A DNA stretch of 59,836 nt from IMG/VR virus record IMGVR_UViG_3300046791_000436, positions 1 to 59,836 of that record. The stretch is one strand, 5' to 3'. How positions within the stretch are numbered: position 1 is the stretch's first letter; the number at the start of each line of letters is the position of its first letter. The translations under genes and the position numbers were made by a program. This DNA comes from a virus. Its lineage: Duplodnaviria; Caudoviricetes. This document shows, piece by piece, positions 16,765 through 26,436 of the stretch. Under the pieces are notes generated by a model. That model was not told the origin of the DNA. It was given only the letters and a program-made list of their open reading frames with translations, and ran no database searches.

Positions 16765-17791
16765 ACTCATCTACGACGGCGACGAACTCGCTCGTCCCGC
16801 AGCGGCCCGCGACGACCAGATGCAAGGCACCGTTGCCGAGCGTCTGGCCGAGCTGGCTGGTCGCGAGTGCTACGACTCACTCGGCAAGGGTCGCGGCAGC
16901 GCCGACTACCACAAGCACATCCTCGAGGTCGGACATCTGTCCGTTCTCGAGCACTTCAATTTCACGGTCGAGCTTCCTCTGTCAGGAGAGAACGTCTCTT
17001 CTTTCCTGAACCGCCCAGGCACCTTTGTCAGCATCGAGAATGGGATCTTTCATGTGACGTTGAACTTGCGTTGCGTGCTGGACTGGGGCAAGTGGAACAA
17101 CCAAGGCTTCAACGCCGTGTTCCTGGCCTTGGCCTACTACGCCCGCGAGCTGGCGCCGCAGATCTTCCCTGTGCTTCAAGCCACGGATGGGACGATCCTG
17201 ACCAGGAAGCCGTTGAACACCGCTCTGGTCAAGCCAGACCATACGGAAGCTGAGTGGGTCAGTCTTCGATTGGTCGGCTCACGAGGCTTCTCGCATGAGA
17301 TGGTGAGGCACCGTTTCCGCACCGCGGTGTCGCAACGCAGCACACGCTACGTGGACGAGTCGACCAGCCCGTGGTGCTTGCATCCTTTAGTGCTGGAGTT
17401 CATTAAGCAGGAGAACCCTTCGATGGGTATCTCTGACACGGCTTATCTGTGTATGAAAGGAGCCAAAGAGGCCTACGACCAGAGTGTCGTTCTTCTCGAA
17501 CCATGGTTGATCGAGAAGGGCGTCGACAAGGCCACAGCACGCAAGCAGGCCCGTGGAGCTGCTCGAGGATTCCTCGGCAACGCTCTGCAGACCTCGATGA
17601 TCTATTCGGCCAGCATTGCGCAGTGGCGACGGATCCTCGCGCTTCGTTGCCATCCAGCAGCCGACGCGGAGATCCGCATGATCATGGCCGACGCTCTCCG
17701 CTGCCTGAAGGCCTCGCGCTACTCCGGCCGCTTCGAAGACCTGAACTTGGTGCCCAGTCCCGATGGGATCGGAGAGGTGCTTGCACCCTGA
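16751..17791 (+). CDS. thyX: FAD-dependent thymidylate synthase
   Basis: AGRECYDS, GHLSVLEH, SHEMVRHR, SQRSTRYV and HPAADAEIR. Confidence 0.95.
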   Translation: MPSAELIYDGDELARPAAARDDQMQGTVAERLAELAGRECYDSLGKGRGSADYHKHILEVGHLSVLEHFNFTVELPLSGENVSSFLNRPGTFVSIENGIFHVTLNLRCVLDWGKWNNQGFNAVFLALAYYARELAPQIFPVLQATDGTILTRKPLNTALVKPDHTEAEWVSLRLVGSRGFSHEMVRHRFRTAVSQRSTRYVDESTSPWCLHPLVLEFIKQENPSMGISDTAYLCMKGAKEAYDQSVVLLEPWLIEKGVDKATARKQARGAARGFLGNALQTSMIYSASIAQWRRILALRCHPAADAEIRMIMADALRCLKASRYSGRFEDLNLVPSPDGIGEVLAP

Positions 17792-19835
17792 TCTGGCAAA
17801 GCTGCTGGCTCGCGGCAAGGAGCCTGAACCCGTCCCGGTTGGCAAGACCGCGATGGATTTCATCGTCAATAGGAAGCTCGAAGCAGCTCCAGAGCAGGAG
17901 TCAGAGATCACGCGCATCTGCAGTATCCCAATTGCAGTGCCTCTCGATGCCGAAGAGATCGAAGCCATCAATCGGATACACATCAAGCCGAAGGCCTACG
18001 AGGCAGGCTTCCGATTCAAGAAGGTCCAGGCCGAAGCGATTCATGCCTTCCAAGAACATGGTGCGCTGTTCGGATCGATCGAAGTCGGTGGCGGCAAAGA
18101 GCTGATCTGCCTGCGCAGCGTCGGCATCGCGGCCGAGAACGGCGCGCAACGCATCATGCTCTGCACACCGTCCAACGTCGTGATCCAGCTCGTCGAGCAC
18201 GACATCGCCTGGGCTCGGCAGCGCGTGCCTCTCGGCTGCACGTTCTACAACATGAACGGTCTCTCGCCGCAGAAGCGACGCGAGATGTCCGGAGGCCGGC
18301 GAGGCTGTTGGGTCGTGCCCTACTCGCTGCTCTCAACAGAAGACTCGAGCGAGATGCTCGAGAGGATCCGTCCCGAGGTCATCATCCTCAACGAAGCGCA
18401 CAACCTGAAGCATCGCGACGCTGCGCGCACGAAGAGAATCCTGACCTACTGCCGGCACTATCGCCCCCGGCTCGTTGTGGTGTCAGGCACCGCGAGCAGC
18501 AAGTCGATCAAGGAGATCGCACATCTGCTGATGTTCTGCCTCGGCAAGAACTCGCCCACGCCGCACGATGCGCAGATCGTTGCCGACTGGGCATCCGTGA
18601 TCGACAGCGAGCAGTTGGCCGAAGGGTATCACTCCGAACGCACCGCCTCGGGCCCGCTGCGGCCCCTGATCAACTGGGCCAACCAGAACTTCCCCGGAGT
18701 GAAGCGTCCCTACGACGTGCAAGGCTTCCGCTGGGCGTTCCGCGATCGACTCGTCACGACCCCAGGCGTGATCACTTCGCCGGCAGACTCTCTCGGCACG
18801 AGCCTCGTGATCGAGAACGAGAAGGTCGTGTCGAAGACGCCGAAGCTCGCAGAACTGCAGAAGCAGCTCGACGACCTCTGGTTGACGCCAGGAGGCGACG
18901 AGATCGAGTTCGCCATGCTGAAGTGGAAGTGGGCGAACGAGCTGTCTGCCGGCTTCTACAACGACCTGCGCTGGCCCGAGGCTTCGAAAGTCGACGCGGC
19001 CGTGCTGCAACGCAGCAAGGACCACCACGCGCTGCAGCAGATCTACCACAAAGAGCTGCGCAGCTGGTTCAACAGCCGGCCGCACAAGCCAGGTCTCGAC
19101 ACGCCGATGCTGATCGGCGCTGACATGGCCCGGCATGGCGCCGAAAACGTCGGCCATTCCCTGTTCACGACGTGGCGCGCGATGAAGGATGCGGACTTCC
19201 CAGACCGCATCGAACGCGACTCCGTGCCGGTGCGGGTCTGCGACTACAAGCTGCGCGCCGCGATCGGCTGGATGAAGCGCCACGTCACGAACGGGGGCAT
19301 CGTCTGGGTCCATCACCAGGAAATCGGCCAATGGCTCTACGAGCTCGCCAGCGCCGAAGGGCTGCCCGTGGTCCACTGCCCGGCAGGCGACACCGCGAAC
19401 CGCTTCCTGACCGCAGAAGGCGCTGCTGGGCGTTGCCAGGGCAAGTTCCTGATCTGCTCGACGATGGCGCATGGTGAGGGCAAGAACCTGCAGTTCATGG
19501 TCGATCAGTTGTTCGTGCAGTTGCCGATGAACGAAGCTAAGGCGCAGCAGGCGATCGGCAGAACGCACCGAACAGGACAGTTGGCGGACACGGTGACGGT
19601 CACGCTGCTGATCTCCAATCTCACGGACCAGATGCATCTCGCTGCGTGCCTGAACGATAGCATCTTCGTCTACGAAACTTTCCAGTCGGCCAGGAAGATG
19701 CTAATCGCTACCTGGAATCCGATGCCTACGGTTTACGGAACCCACGTCTTGCATCGTGCCGGTCTCCAGAGTAAGGTCCTCACAGCGAAACAGCAGCTGA
19801 TGCTGGCCGAACGTTTCGGCCGGTCCAGCGACTGA
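17763..19835 (+). CDS. Superfamily-2 (SNF2-like) helicase with variant motifs; start may be TTG 17781
   Basis: VGGGKE, ILNEAH, SGT, GEGKNLQ and QAIGRTHRTGQ. Confidence 0.85.
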   Translation: MGSERCLHPDLAKLLARGKEPEPVPVGKTAMDFIVNRKLEAAPEQESEITRICSIPIAVPLDAEEIEAINRIHIKPKAYEAGFRFKKVQAEAIHAFQEHGALFGSIEVGGGKELICLRSVGIAAENGAQRIMLCTPSNVVIQLVEHDIAWARQRVPLGCTFYNMNGLSPQKRREMSGGRRGCWVVPYSLLSTEDSSEMLERIRPEVIILNEAHNLKHRDAARTKRILTYCRHYRPRLVVVSGTASSKSIKEIAHLLMFCLGKNSPTPHDAQIVADWASVIDSEQLAEGYHSERTASGPLRPLINWANQNFPGVKRPYDVQGFRWAFRDRLVTTPGVITSPADSLGTSLVIENEKVVSKTPKLAELQKQLDDLWLTPGGDEIEFAMLKWKWANELSAGFYNDLRWPEASKVDAAVLQRSKDHHALQQIYHKELRSWFNSRPHKPGLDTPMLIGADMARHGAENVGHSLFTTWRAMKDADFPDRIERDSVPVRVCDYKLRAAIGWMKRHVTNGGIVWVHHQEIGQWLYELASAEGLPVVHCPAGDTANRFLTAEGAAGRCQGKFLICSTMAHGEGKNLQFMVDQLFVQLPMNEAKAQQAIGRTHRTGQLADTVTVTLLISNLTDQMHLAACLNDSIFVYETFQSARKMLIATWNPMPTVYGTHVLHRAGLQSKVLTAKQQLMLAERFGRSSD

Positions 19836-19862
19836 TCGCTTTTACCGAAAGGTTGTTTCAAA

Positions 19863-20375
19863 ATGGCAGGCGCCTTTTCCGGGTTGGACAAAACCAACCC
19901 TTCTCGCGACACGGAGTTCGTCAAGCCCGGTCGCTACGTCATGCGGGTGGAGGGATACACCCACAACAAGACGAATCGAAACGGACGAATCTCGTCCTTC
20001 TTCACGTTCCTCACGGTTGCCGTGCTCGACAACAGTGCCGGCGCTGCTCACCCAGGCGGTTCGCACCGCGTCGGGGACAAGGCGACGTGGATGCTGATGG
20101 CCGACGTGGACGCCAGTGGTCCGGCGCTGGTCGCGGCGATGCTGGCGGTCACGGGCTTGCCGCAGACCGAGTTGGACGACGCCGCCTACCAAGCGTTCGG
20201 TGCCGCCGCGCAGCCGTTGCGCGGGATCTTCGTCGAGGTCGACTCGAAGCAGATCACCACGAAGAAGGGAGCTCCCTTCACGCTCGTGAAGATCAAGCGG
20301 GCCATCACCGATGACGAGGTGAAGACCTTGGTGCCGGTCGAAGTGCAGAAGTCGCTGAAGCTCGAACTGAAGTAG
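19863..20375 (+). CDS. Putative single-stranded DNA-binding protein
   Basis: Beta-rich 170-aa protein (KPGRYV...ITTKKGAPFT) in the replication block, followed by a terminator-like hairpin. Confidence 0.55.
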   Translation: MAGAFSGLDKTNPSRDTEFVKPGRYVMRVEGYTHNKTNRNGRISSFFTFLTVAVLDNSAGAAHPGGSHRVGDKATWMLMADVDASGPALVAAMLAVTGLPQTELDDAAYQAFGAAAQPLRGIFVEVDSKQITTKKGAPFTLVKIKRAITDDEVKTLVPVEVQKSLKLELK

Positions 20376-20382
20376 TGGTCCC

Positions 20383-20425
20383 AGGGTCCGGAGTCTAGCA
20401 TGGGCTCCGGGCCCTCTTTCTTTTC
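20383..20425 (+). terminator. Intrinsic terminator-like hairpin
   Basis: AGGGTCCGGAGTCT/GGGCTCCGGGCCCT stem followed by CTTTCTTTT. Confidence 0.65.
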
Positions 20426-20441
20426 CCCAACCAAACGAAAC

Positions 20442-22466
20442 ATGACCCTTCCCACCGTCTCCGTTGCCAACCCTTCCAGCAAGCGCCAAGTTCGATGGGC
20501 TGTAGTTCCCATGCCTCTTGCGCAGGCAAACCTTCTCCCCGACACCTGTCTCGTGGATGGTCGCTACCTCGCGGTGAAGGCGCAGCGCATCGGAATCGTC
20601 TCGCAACTCTGGCATGTCCGCTGCGACATCCAAGGCGTGGGTATCTTGCAGTTCAGCGACTGGCAGCCAGCTCCAGCGAACTCGGTTCCACCTTTCTCGA
20701 TCTCGTCGTGGGTCTCCGACAGGCCGCAGAGGGATGTGGTGTGGTTCGCGATCAGCGAAAACGGTGCGTGGAAGCTGAACCTGCGAATGGCAGGCGGAAC
20801 GATGGTGTCGTCTTCGCCGGTCTCGCAGACCTACGAGATCCGCACCTCTCAAGGCGGCTACCATGCCGTGGTCTGGGCAACCTTCTGGACAGGCCAGGAT
20901 GCGATCGATCTACGCGGTTCTGTGCTCTGGAGCGATCCGACCGTGCCGCAATGGAGCAAGTCCGATGTCACCGTCGCGATCGAAGTCGGAGACTGGCCGA
21001 TCGTTGGTGAGGGCCTGGCGATCTACAATGCCGCCAAGACCGGCTTCGTGCGATGGGGCGCTTCTCGTGGTCAGCTCTACCGAGGCCCTCTGCCGCACGG
21101 CGTCAAGGTGACGTTCCGTGGCGCGATCCTGCCACAAGACGACGGCCGCGTGCCCGTGACGCTCGAGGAACAGCAAGCTGCCCTGCTGGGCGATTCTCGA
21201 CGGGCCCTGCTCGACGCTGCCTCCGAGGGTCAACTGGTCGGCGCCGCGAAGTGGGATCAGAACTGGATGGCCTTCGGCCTCGTCCCGAGCATCCCACAAC
21301 GCTCCGATCCCGCCGCCGTGCGCGCGATGCTCGCGCAGACCGGCAAGCTGTTCGATGCCCGCCCTCTGGCGACCGGAGACATTCATGGCGGCACCGCCAT
21401 GCAGCCTCCCTTCGGCGCACTGAAGGACGCGCAGGCCTTGCAGGGAGATCCCTGGCGCGTGCTGGAGATGGACTACAGCGCCGACGACTACTGTCGCCGA
21501 GGCTTCCACCACAAGGAGCTGGATGGCCGTCGCGTGACCAAGGAGATCCGTCCTGGCGTGCAGACTTTGGCCGGCACGATCGAGCCCAAGGAAGGCCCCG
21601 ACACCTTCGGCAAGCCTCGCGGTGCGCAGCCTGATGGTTGGGACCGGATCGGTTCGCGGTCGATCCTCGCCGACGACCAGCATCGTTCGGACGCCTACTG
21701 CTTCGCAGCCTATGCCCTCTCAGGGGACCCTCTGCTTCGCGAGTGCATCCTCAACGTGATGGAAGTCGATCGGATGCGCGCGATGCCGGCGAGGGGTTGG
21801 TATGACGCGCCGCGGGCCACGGGGAGGCTCTGCCAATCGTGGGCAAAGGGCATGGTGCTGTTCGAGGGCGAGATCCGCGAGAAGTTCGTCGCGCTGGCGT
21901 TGGCAGAGCTGACCGATCGGGAACGCGATCAGCAGACCTGGAACTACTCGCCGCTGACGGTCATGCAGACCATCGTCGATGACAGGGTGATCAGCGGGCA
22001 AGAAGCCCAGGTCCCCTGGAACAACGCGCTCGGTGTCATGGGCTTCCTCGAGTGCGGCTACGCCTTGCTCAAGATCGGCCGCTCTGCCGAAGCCCAGAGG
22101 TTCTTCGCCTTCGCTCGCAAGCTCGGTCGTTCGATCACGCAATACAGCACCGTCACGGAAACCGGCAGCGGTCACGTCTTGCCGATCGAAGGCCAGAAGT
22201 GGTTCCCAGGCGGGGCTGTTCCTCCTCCGAGCTACTACACCTTCCCGCGCGCAGGAGCAGCGGCCTCGGCTGGTCCGGGCATCGACATGCTGGTCGATCC
22301 GAACACGAACTGGTGGCCCTGGTTCGCTGCTGCGCTCGCCTCTGCGCAGCTCGGACCGACCGACGATGTGTCGGCGAAGGGAGAGCAGATCATGACGGCG
22401 CAGTCCGCCGGCTCCACGACCGCAGCTCCTGGCTACGAGCTGGAATGGTGGGCGGTGCCTCGGTGA
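20442..22466 (+). CDS. Large Trp-rich hypothetical protein
   Basis: ~674-aa ORF with a beta-rich N-terminus and helical C-terminus. No family recognised with confidence. Confidence 0.75.
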   Translation: MTLPTVSVANPSSKRQVRWAVVPMPLAQANLLPDTCLVDGRYLAVKAQRIGIVSQLWHVRCDIQGVGILQFSDWQPAPANSVPPFSISSWVSDRPQRDVVWFAISENGAWKLNLRMAGGTMVSSSPVSQTYEIRTSQGGYHAVVWATFWTGQDAIDLRGSVLWSDPTVPQWSKSDVTVAIEVGDWPIVGEGLAIYNAAKTGFVRWGASRGQLYRGPLPHGVKVTFRGAILPQDDGRVPVTLEEQQAALLGDSRRALLDAASEGQLVGAAKWDQNWMAFGLVPSIPQRSDPAAVRAMLAQTGKLFDARPLATGDIHGGTAMQPPFGALKDAQALQGDPWRVLEMDYSADDYCRRGFHHKELDGRRVTKEIRPGVQTLAGTIEPKEGPDTFGKPRGAQPDGWDRIGSRSILADDQHRSDAYCFAAYALSGDPLLRECILNVMEVDRMRAMPARGWYDAPRATGRLCQSWAKGMVLFEGEIREKFVALALAELTDRERDQQTWNYSPLTVMQTIVDDRVISGQEAQVPWNNALGVMGFLECGYALLKIGRSAEAQRFFAFARKLGRSITQYSTVTETGSGHVLPIEGQKWFPGGAVPPPSYYTFPRAGAAASAGPGIDMLVDPNTNWWPWFAAALASAQLGPTDDVSAKGEQIMTAQSAGSTTAAPGYELEWWAVPR

Positions 22467-22535
22467 ACGACGACATCTGCACTGCCTGCGGTTGTTCTTA
22501 CTGCGTCATGGATCTCCATCTCTATCTGATCGGCA

Positions 22536-24587
22536 ATGACAGGATTCGACTTCGAGACCTTCCCGTTCGGTCCCTGCAACCTTGCTCCTGATCCCATCTG
22601 CCTTTCGATAGGCGATCCAGATGGAACGGGAGCCGTGATCGCATCGTGCGAATCAGGCTTCGACGATGCGATCGAGTTCGCGTGGAAGCAGGACGAGATC
22701 GTCATGGCGAACGGAGCGTTCGACTCGTGCGTGATCATCGCGCATCGGCCGAAGCTGGCGCCTCTGGTGTGGAAGGCCTACCGGGAGCGCCGCGTGGTCG
22801 ACATCCTGATCCGCGAACAGCTCAAGGTGCTCGGCGACACCGGTGACCTGACCTACGAGACCCTGCCCAACGGAGCGAAGAGCCGCCTGCTGTTCAACCA
22901 AGCGGCGCTCGAGGAGAAGTATCTTGGGATCAGCCGAGGCGAAGAGAAAGAAGAAGAAGACGGCTGGCGCAAGAACTACTCGTCGCTGGTCGGCATGAAG
23001 GCCAGCGACTACCCGAAGGATGCCTACGACTACAGCCTCAACGACTCCGTGAACGCGGCGAAGATCGCCAAGATGCAGCCGGTCAGCAAGGCCGAGTTCG
23101 TGCATGTGCGAGCTAGCCTTGCCCTCTACCTGAACAGCTGCTGGGGTTTCCCGATCGACAAAGCTACGGTCGACAAGTTGCTCGTCGAGATGACCGAACG
23201 GTTCGACGAGAAGAACTTCCCGCTGCTGCTGCAGACGGGGATCCTTCGTCCCGCCGAGCCGCCTCGAGCCTTCAAGAAGAACCCCGAGAAGACGACCAAA
23301 GGGAAGGCTGCAACCCTCAACTCCGAGATGCTGCGAGCGCACGTCGAACTGGTCAGCAACGAGTTCGACATCCCCACCAAGCTCACGGACGGCGGCGAGT
23401 CAGGAAAGCAGAAGGTCTCTTATAGCGATGAAGTTCAAGCCGATCTGAAGGGCCTGGATCCGACGTTCGACGAGTTCATCGCACGAAGCGAGATCCAGAA
23501 ACTGGTGACGACAGAGTTGCCTAGGCTGGTCGGCCATACTCGAGTGCATCCGAAATATCGGGCACTGAAAGAAACTGGTCGAAGTGCGAGTGCCGGAAAC
23601 AAAAAGACGGACAAGAACCCTCCCTACCCAGCGGTCCACATCCAAGGCGTCGACAAGCGCATCCGCCACGTCTACACCGCCGACCCAGGCCATGTGCTCT
23701 GCTCGATCGACTACAACTTCATCGAGCTGGTCTCAGCCGCGCAGAAGTGTCTCGATCTGTTCGACAAGTCCGTGCTGGCCGACACCATCAACGCCGGCAA
23801 GGACCCACACGCACACCTCGCGTCCGGCATCGCACGGAAGTTCGATCCGCAGTTCAAGTGGAGCAAGGACGACGAGGAGAACTATCAGCAGTTCATGCTG
23901 CTGAAGACCGCGGACAACGCCAAATACAAGCACTGGCGAAACCTGTCCAAGCCAACAGGACTCGGTTACTGGGGCGGTCTTGGCGACAAGAGATTCGTTG
24001 GCTACGCCAAGAAGGAGCCGTTCTTCGTCGATCTCGTCAAGATGACTGGCAGCATGGAAGGGGCGATCGAGATGGCGAAGTCCCTCAAGATCGGCTGGAA
24101 GGAAACCTACCCAGAGTCGACGGATTACTTCAACTGGATCAACAGCAGTTGCAAAGACCTAGACTGGTCCATGGCCGAAGAGGAACGCTACGCCTACGTC
24201 AGCCCGGCCGGGATGGTGCGCAGGAACTGCCATTTCACCGACGCTGCGAATGGTGCGGCTCTCCAGACCCCAACAGCAGAAGGCGCCAAAATCGCTCTGT
24301 TTTCTCTTGCAGAAGCACTTCACGATCCTACGATCGGCAGTTGTCTACTCGGCTGTCACATGCTTGCTTTCATCCACGATGAAGTGATCCTGCAGTTGCC
24401 GCTCGACGAGTTCGTTCACGAACGCGCGTTCGAAGCTGCGAGGATCATGAAAGAAGGGATGGCGGAAGTGATGACGAGGGTCAAGGTCGGAGCAGACCCA
24501 GCCCTGATGATGTCGTGGGACAAGCTGGCGGAAACAGTGTTCGACAACAACAACAGACTGACAGTATGGCTACCCAAGGTCGCATGA
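22536..24587 (+). CDS. polA: Family A DNA polymerase with 3'-5' exonuclease
   Basis: Exo DFET, NGAFD and YSLND; ETGR; motif A IDYNFIEL; motif B RNLSKPTGLG; motif C IHDE. Confidence 0.93.
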   Translation: MTGFDFETFPFGPCNLAPDPICLSIGDPDGTGAVIASCESGFDDAIEFAWKQDEIVMANGAFDSCVIIAHRPKLAPLVWKAYRERRVVDILIREQLKVLGDTGDLTYETLPNGAKSRLLFNQAALEEKYLGISRGEEKEEEDGWRKNYSSLVGMKASDYPKDAYDYSLNDSVNAAKIAKMQPVSKAEFVHVRASLALYLNSCWGFPIDKATVDKLLVEMTERFDEKNFPLLLQTGILRPAEPPRAFKKNPEKTTKGKAATLNSEMLRAHVELVSNEFDIPTKLTDGGESGKQKVSYSDEVQADLKGLDPTFDEFIARSEIQKLVTTELPRLVGHTRVHPKYRALKETGRSASAGNKKTDKNPPYPAVHIQGVDKRIRHVYTADPGHVLCSIDYNFIELVSAAQKCLDLFDKSVLADTINAGKDPHAHLASGIARKFDPQFKWSKDDEENYQQFMLLKTADNAKYKHWRNLSKPTGLGYWGGLGDKRFVGYAKKEPFFVDLVKMTGSMEGAIEMAKSLKIGWKETYPESTDYFNWINSSCKDLDWSMAEEERYAYVSPAGMVRRNCHFTDAANGAALQTPTAEGAKIALFSLAEALHDPTIGSCLLGCHMLAFIHDEVILQLPLDEFVHERAFEAARIMKEGMAEVMTRVKVGADPALMMSWDKLAETVFDNNNRLTVWLPKVA

Positions 24588-24871
24588 TTTCTCTCAAGTC
24601 GTTCGAGAGGGCCCCCTACAAGGCCCGCACGAGCAAGTACGACGAGCTGATCAAGAAGGTGCTCGAGCTCGAGACGGGCCAAGCGTGGGGCGTCGATGTC
24701 CCAGGCAAGGAAGACGCTCGGCAGTTCCGCGGTCGCCTGCGGATCGGCATCAACAACGTCGTGAAGCTGCGCATGGGCGAGAAGGCGCCGAAGATCCGCG
24801 TCGACCTGTCCAAGGACATGAAGTCCGTGGCGGTCTCCGTGAAGGTCCCGAAGGCGAAGGCGAAGAAGTGA
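24584..24871 (+). CDS. Small basic protein
   Basis: ATGA coupling; Lys/Arg-rich. Confidence 0.65.
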   Translation: MISLKSFERAPYKARTSKYDELIKKVLELETGQAWGVDVPGKEDARQFRGRLRIGINNVVKLRMGEKAPKIRVDLSKDMKSVAVSVKVPKAKAKK

Positions 24872-25410
24872 AAGCCCTGCTGCTCAACGGCCCGCCGAAG
24901 AGCGGCAAGGACTACATCGGGCAGCGCCTCGAGTGGTTGATCCACCGAAGCGCTCGCCAGAAGTTCGCTGACCCGATCGTCGACTTCATGATCCGGCAGT
25001 TCGGAGTCGACATGGCCACGGTCAACAAGGACGTGCCAGACGCTCGCCTGAACGGCCGCACTCCTCGCGAGGTAGCGATCGGCTACAGCGAGAAGTTCTG
25101 CAAGCCTCTGTTCGGCATCGACCACTTCGGCCGATTAGCTCTGCAGAAGATCCAGTGGTTCGTCCACGCCAAGCAGGATCTGGTGATCTTCACCGACAGC
25201 GGTTTCGTCTCCGAAGCCGGACCGATCGCTGATGTCTACCCGACCCTGCAGGTCGTGATCTCGCGCCCAGGCACGACGTTCCAGGGCGACAGCCGGTCGC
25301 ACTGGGAGAGCCCCAAGATCGGCAGGATCTTGTTCGACAACGACGTGACCGGACCGGAGAAGATCCAGAACGAACTCCTCCCCGAGATCAAGGCGTGGCT
25401 GGCGAAGTAG
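24868..25410 (+). CDS. Deoxynucleoside monophosphate kinase
   Basis: LNGPPKSGKD, KFADP, TPRE and FTDSGF. Confidence 0.85.
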   Translation: MKALLLNGPPKSGKDYIGQRLEWLIHRSARQKFADPIVDFMIRQFGVDMATVNKDVPDARLNGRTPREVAIGYSEKFCKPLFGIDHFGRLALQKIQWFVHAKQDLVIFTDSGFVSEAGPIADVYPTLQVVISRPGTTFQGDSRSHWESPKIGRILFDNDVTGPEKIQNELLPEIKAWLAK

Positions 25411-25940
25411 TCCTAGGCATCGATCCCGACACCCGGACCACCGGATGGTCTGTGGTGTCGGAATCGGCCGTGCTAGCTGTCGGAGTTCTCCGATCGACCG
25501 GGACCGAGCAGAGCATCCTCCGCGTGACCGGCGTCGCGCTCGAGATGGTGCTGCAGAAGTGGAAGCCCTCCCTCGTCGTGGTCGAGGGGCAGCGCATCTA
25601 CCACGGCGTGAAGACCGCTCCGAACGACATCCTCACGCTGGGACAGGTCGCTGGCGGGATCCTCGGTCAGGTGCTGGTGCTGGCGCCGACGACGAACACT
25701 TGCTTCCCGCACCCGCAAGACTGGAAAGGCCAGCTGCCCAAGACCGTCGAGCAAGGCCGCACGTTCGTCCATTACGGCATCCTGTTCGAGAAGAACGACA
25801 GCTACTGCTGGCCGTCCGGATGCGCAAAGTCGGCGAAGATCGAGGGAGCTGCCGGTCTGAATCGCGGCGACTGGAAGCATGTCGCAGACGCGGTTGGCCT
25901 GGCTCGGCACGGCATCAAGGTGCTCAGAGCTGGATCCTGA
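25395..25940 (+). CDS. RuvC-like Holliday junction resolvase
   Basis: LGIDPD..TTGW, VVVEGQ, P.DWK and DAVGLA. Confidence 0.85.
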   Translation: MAGEVVLGIDPDTRTTGWSVVSESAVLAVGVLRSTGTEQSILRVTGVALEMVLQKWKPSLVVVEGQRIYHGVKTAPNDILTLGQVAGGILGQVLVLAPTTNTCFPHPQDWKGQLPKTVEQGRTFVHYGILFEKNDSYCWPSGCAKSAKIEGAAGLNRGDWKHVADAVGLARHGIKVLRAGS

Positions 25941-26436
25941 TCTTCCGCGAGCGCGCTCCCTTCGCCAGCATCTTGCGCACCTCGCCGGCCATCAGACCGC
26001 GCAGTTCTCCTCGAGCCTTCGGTCGAGCTACTTCGAGAGCTTGCTCGATGAAGTGCGTGGCAGGGATACCCTTGACGCTGAACTTCGTGATCAGCTGATT
26101 GTTGTCGGCAGCATCTTGCCATTCCTGTGTGCTCAGGTGCCGCTCGTCGTCCTTCTTCCTCGCATAATCGCTCTGAACTCGAGGATCGTCTTTTGGATCC
26201 TTGAACCAGACCATCCTCTTTCCGCGAACAGACTTCCTTCCGTAGTTCACAAAGAACACCCAGAAGTAGAGGCTGAAGATCAGCACGCCGCTGATGCCAG
26301 TATTGATCACGCGGAAAGACTTGCTAAGGCGATTGTAACTCCCTTTCGGCGCCTTCTTCTGCAGCTCGAGAATGATGATCTTCCCGAGCTTGACCTTCGC
26401 CTTGTTCAGGAACTCGAGGCTATTGTTTGAGGCCAT
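25924..26436 (-). CDS. Basic virion morphogenesis protein (HK97 gp10-like)
   Basis: Downstream of the portal; FVNYGR and VKGIPATHFIEQA. Confidence 0.55.
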   Translation of the reverse strand: MASNNSLEFLNKAKVKLGKIIILELQKKAPKGSYNRLSKSFRVINTGISGVLIFSLYFWVFFVNYGRKSVRGKRMVWFKDPKDDPRVQSDYARKKDDERHLSTQEWQDAADNNQLITKFSVKGIPATHFIEQALEVARPKARGELRGLMAGEVRKMLAKGARSRKIRIQL

